Program-made: the position numbers and the translations under genes
The notes under the pieces: model-generated
What the model was told of the DNA's origin: nothing
The model's input: only the letters and a program-made list of their open reading frames with translations
Database searches by the model: none
Part shown: positions 35,306 to 38,322 of the stretch, piece after piece
How positions within the stretch are numbered: position 1 is the stretch's first letter
Layout of the letters: the number at the start of each line of letters is the position of its first letter
Assembly (NCBI RefSeq): GCF_001194135.2
Contig: NC_068985.1
Location: 89,544,382 to 89,582,703 of the forward strand
Direction: 5' to 3'
DNA: 38,322 bases
From: Octopus bimaculoides
Lineage: Eukaryota

Positions 35306-36600
35306 GTATAATTTATATTATGTTGAGTATATTCTTTATAAAGAACAATAAGTTTATATATATATATATATANNNNNNNNNNNNNNNNNATATATATATG
35401 GCTGTCTTTGGGTCTCTATTTGTACAGACAGTGAGAGACAGGAAGAGAAAAATAGACAGAGAGAGAAAAGGAGATATTAATAGAAAGAAATTGGAAAACT
35501 CATAAGTTATAAATCGTCCTGCTGGAAAAATAATTGTGTCAGTTTGTCTGCTTCAATTATTAATGGGCTGCTAAATACTATCAGATGATATATTCATCAT
35601 TCATTACATCATAAATATAACGACACCCGGGAGGAAGAAAAAAGTATATTTCAGCTAACGTGTACAAATAAACACACAGGTAGACGAGCACATATAAACA
35701 TAAACATATAAACATACAAACACATAAACATACAAACATGCAGACATGCACCAACATTTGCATGCACACGCGCATATATAGTCGTATATATGGATAGAAA
35801 TATGTGTGTATGTACATATATTAATTACAAAGAAATTAAGATATTAATTTGAATTACATACGCATGTATACATATGATTTAAAATACAAACAAAATGGAA
35901 AAATATTGAATATAACAAGTGACTTACATCAATTATTATTTCTTAATTCAATACAAATAGACTGCATCTCATCTAACAGGTGTTTTTGCTTCCATTGTCA
36001 TATGGTATTGCCATTGATATGCTAGAAATAATATTCATCATATTTGGTAATAAAACCAATCTGGAATATAGGGCTTCATCAGACTGAAGGAAAATAGGTA
36101 CACAAAAAGAAGAGTCTAGAGAAGTAAAGGAATGGCTGAATATCTTTAAAACATACCATTTTGTTCATGTGTCGTTTTGGGATGTTGTGTAAATGACTAA
36201 AATTAAAATAGTAATTCGTGGGTTATTTTATGGGAATTTTTTCAGCAGGATATGCCAATAGGTTTAGTCAAAGTTTTGAAGTATTCGTAATAGTTCTTAA
36301 TAATTATGTTTTACATAGTAATTAATAGCTTTTTTTATCATAATCAAGGGCCCATTATTTCGTTTCAATTATTTACTTACTAAAATGTCCTGAAGTCCAA
36401 CCACCTTATTTCATATACTACATTTCCATACTTTATTTATTTATTTATGAACTGAAATCAACGACTTCCCATGATTCAGCCTTGCCATTTTTATTCCTTC
36501 TGATGCAGTGTTTACCACCTGCACAAAAGGTTATTCTTCTTTCCGAGTCATGTTTATATAATTTGTACTTCTGTGTTAAGCGAGGTGTACCTTTTCTTAC

Positions 36601-36757
36601 CTTGCCCCACATCCAGACGCGTTCTCCTACAACATTTTACATCTGATAAAGAAACCCCTGAACAAACTGACTTTCTCTTCGTTTCGACACCTACAATTTC
36701 TTCTCGACTTTCTCTCAATGCGGCAGAAAAGTTTGAAATATAAATACCTTCAAAACG
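36601..36757 (-). other. Candidate coding exon (unidentified)
   Basis: A 52-codon stop-free frame (RFEGIYISNFSAALRESREEIVGVETKRKSVCSGVSLSDVKCCRRTRLDVGQ) ends exactly at a strong donor CAAG|GTAAGA. The acceptor is ambiguous and no family is recognised. Confidence 0.2.
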
Positions 36758-38069
36758 CTAGTTTTCCTTCCTCTATATTTTAGTTTTCGCTATTCAGACA
36801 ATACCAAAATATGTTTGGGAACGAATATTTCCTTTTCCGAAATAAAGTATTTATTTATTTATTGCTCTTTTATGTTTTTTGAAACATCACTGATGTGTGT
36901 TTGAAGCATGCTTGAGCTGATATGTCTCATACAATAGAAAAATGAATATCGTAATCAATGTATGAAAGGAAGTTTAAATGCAATGGAAATAATAGCTTTC
37001 ATTACGTCCAACGTTCAACATTTTTAGGTCATTTCAAATAATATTAATACGACTTCCATTAACATTTCTGATTCTAGCAACATTTTCAAAAAGAGCTGCT
37101 TGTTTGTAACAGTTCATTCCACATGAAATATAATAATCATTAAAATTATGCATTAGAAGTAAGCTGAAGAGTATGAAGACTTGCAAAATTCAACTGCAAT
37201 TAATGGAATTTTAGAAAATGTTGGAGACCTAACTAAAATGATAACTTTGACAGAACGAAAAGTCGCACATTAATTATTATCTGAAGTTTCCGGTCCAGTG
37301 ATTGCAGTTGTGGCGGATTCCTAATCACTTTGTTGTTAACTATTGATTATGGAATTTAAAATATTTTTAATTTTTTACTTAAATCCTTGCAAATTCTAAT
37401 CTAAAGAACAAACACAAACACGGGTTTTTAACATAACTTTTCTTCCTATATTGTTTATTATTTAAACACGCCTAAACTTTGTAAATATTCATAAAATGTG
37501 TTTCATCATGCTAATGATTCACATGCAAATACGTGTGAGTCCATGTGTAAATATACATGCGCATATACACGCGCAGTCACACACACACGCACAGACATAT
37601 TCTCTTTCATTTTACACTGTTTAAACGAAAATATGCTATGGTGCGTGTGAAGGATACAGACACGTATACTTATACACGGGTGTGTATTCATGTTTATATA
37701 TATACAGAGAGAGGGGTAGAGAGACAGAGAGACGGAGAGACAGAGATAGAGGTAGATATGGTACAGAATAATGCACATGTATATTACCTGCAAGGATTAA
37801 TAAATTGATGTCGTTGAACTTCTAAAATATTTACTGAAATATTTTATGGCAGTTAACGGCATGAATTAAATATTTTAAAATTAGATTTTAGCATCTTACT
37901 AATACAGTGTTAAGAATATTTATAAATAGTCATCGGCATAAATTTGCTGATTCTCGATTTATGGAAATCAAATGTAAAATCCATCTTCCTTTCTGCAGAA
38001 TAAAATGTCTGAAATTATTATGGTTATGTGTTTGTATGTATGCATGTAGGTGTGTATTGCTAAGGCGTA

Positions 38070-38295
38070 TGTGTCATTGGATAGAGCATCGTGCTCATAA
38101 AAATGTAGTAGAGAGTTCGATTCCCGGAATGGGCTTTGTGTTGTGTTCCTGAGCAAAGCACTTTATTTCACGTTGCTCCAGTTCACTCATATTTAGAAAT
38201 GAGTTGCGGCGTCACTGATGCGAAACCGTATCGGCATTTGCATCTCCCTTACAAAACATTGGTGGTGTGAAGAGGAGAGGCCTGAATGCATGGCC
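38070..38295 (+). mobile_element. tRNA-derived SINE related to family D (different 3' part)
   Basis: TCATTGGATAGAGC..GAGTTCGATTCCCGG (B-box), then TTGTGTTCCTGAGCAAAGCACTTTATTTCACGTTGCTCCAGT central domain shared with family D. Confidence 0.82.
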
Positions 38296-38322
38296 GAATA
38301 TATATATATATATATATATATA

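Noticed and set aside
36073-36081. CTGATGAAG on the minus strand
   Set aside because: No downstream GAAA or helices.
1-38322. CRISPR array, rRNA, operon-like or prokaryotic system
   Set aside because: No repeat-spacer arrays, rRNA motifs or dense coding regions; the sequence is repeat-rich metazoan DNA.

Overview
Very AT-rich, microsatellite-dense animal genomic DNA with six N-gaps, each flanked by (TA)n. The SINE families resemble those I recall from Octopus (coleoid cephalopod), so this is most likely intronic or intergenic octopus DNA; the taxon is an inference and not database-checked. No protein-coding host gene can be identified. Most ORFs in the supplied track come from microsatellites, gaps or SINEs. 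Well-supported content: (i) a complete 939-bp fold-back DNA element (1800-2738) with ~400-bp TIRs and a perfect 8-bp TSD; (ii) four decayed LINE fragments from three groups: CR1/L2-like (10447-10930, -), R4/Dong-like inside a trinucleotide microsatellite (13211-13525, +), and two RTE-like (15140-16005, + with YADD; 23849-24590, -); (iii) about 18 copies of four tRNA-derived SINE families; (iv) a nested inverted-duplication structure at 28807-29702 with a 214-bp inverted repeat that is identical by eye. The CR1/L2-like LINE shares its 3' tail with one SINE family. A few weak splice-bounded exon candidates are reported at low confidence. I see no evidence for a novel multi-gene system.
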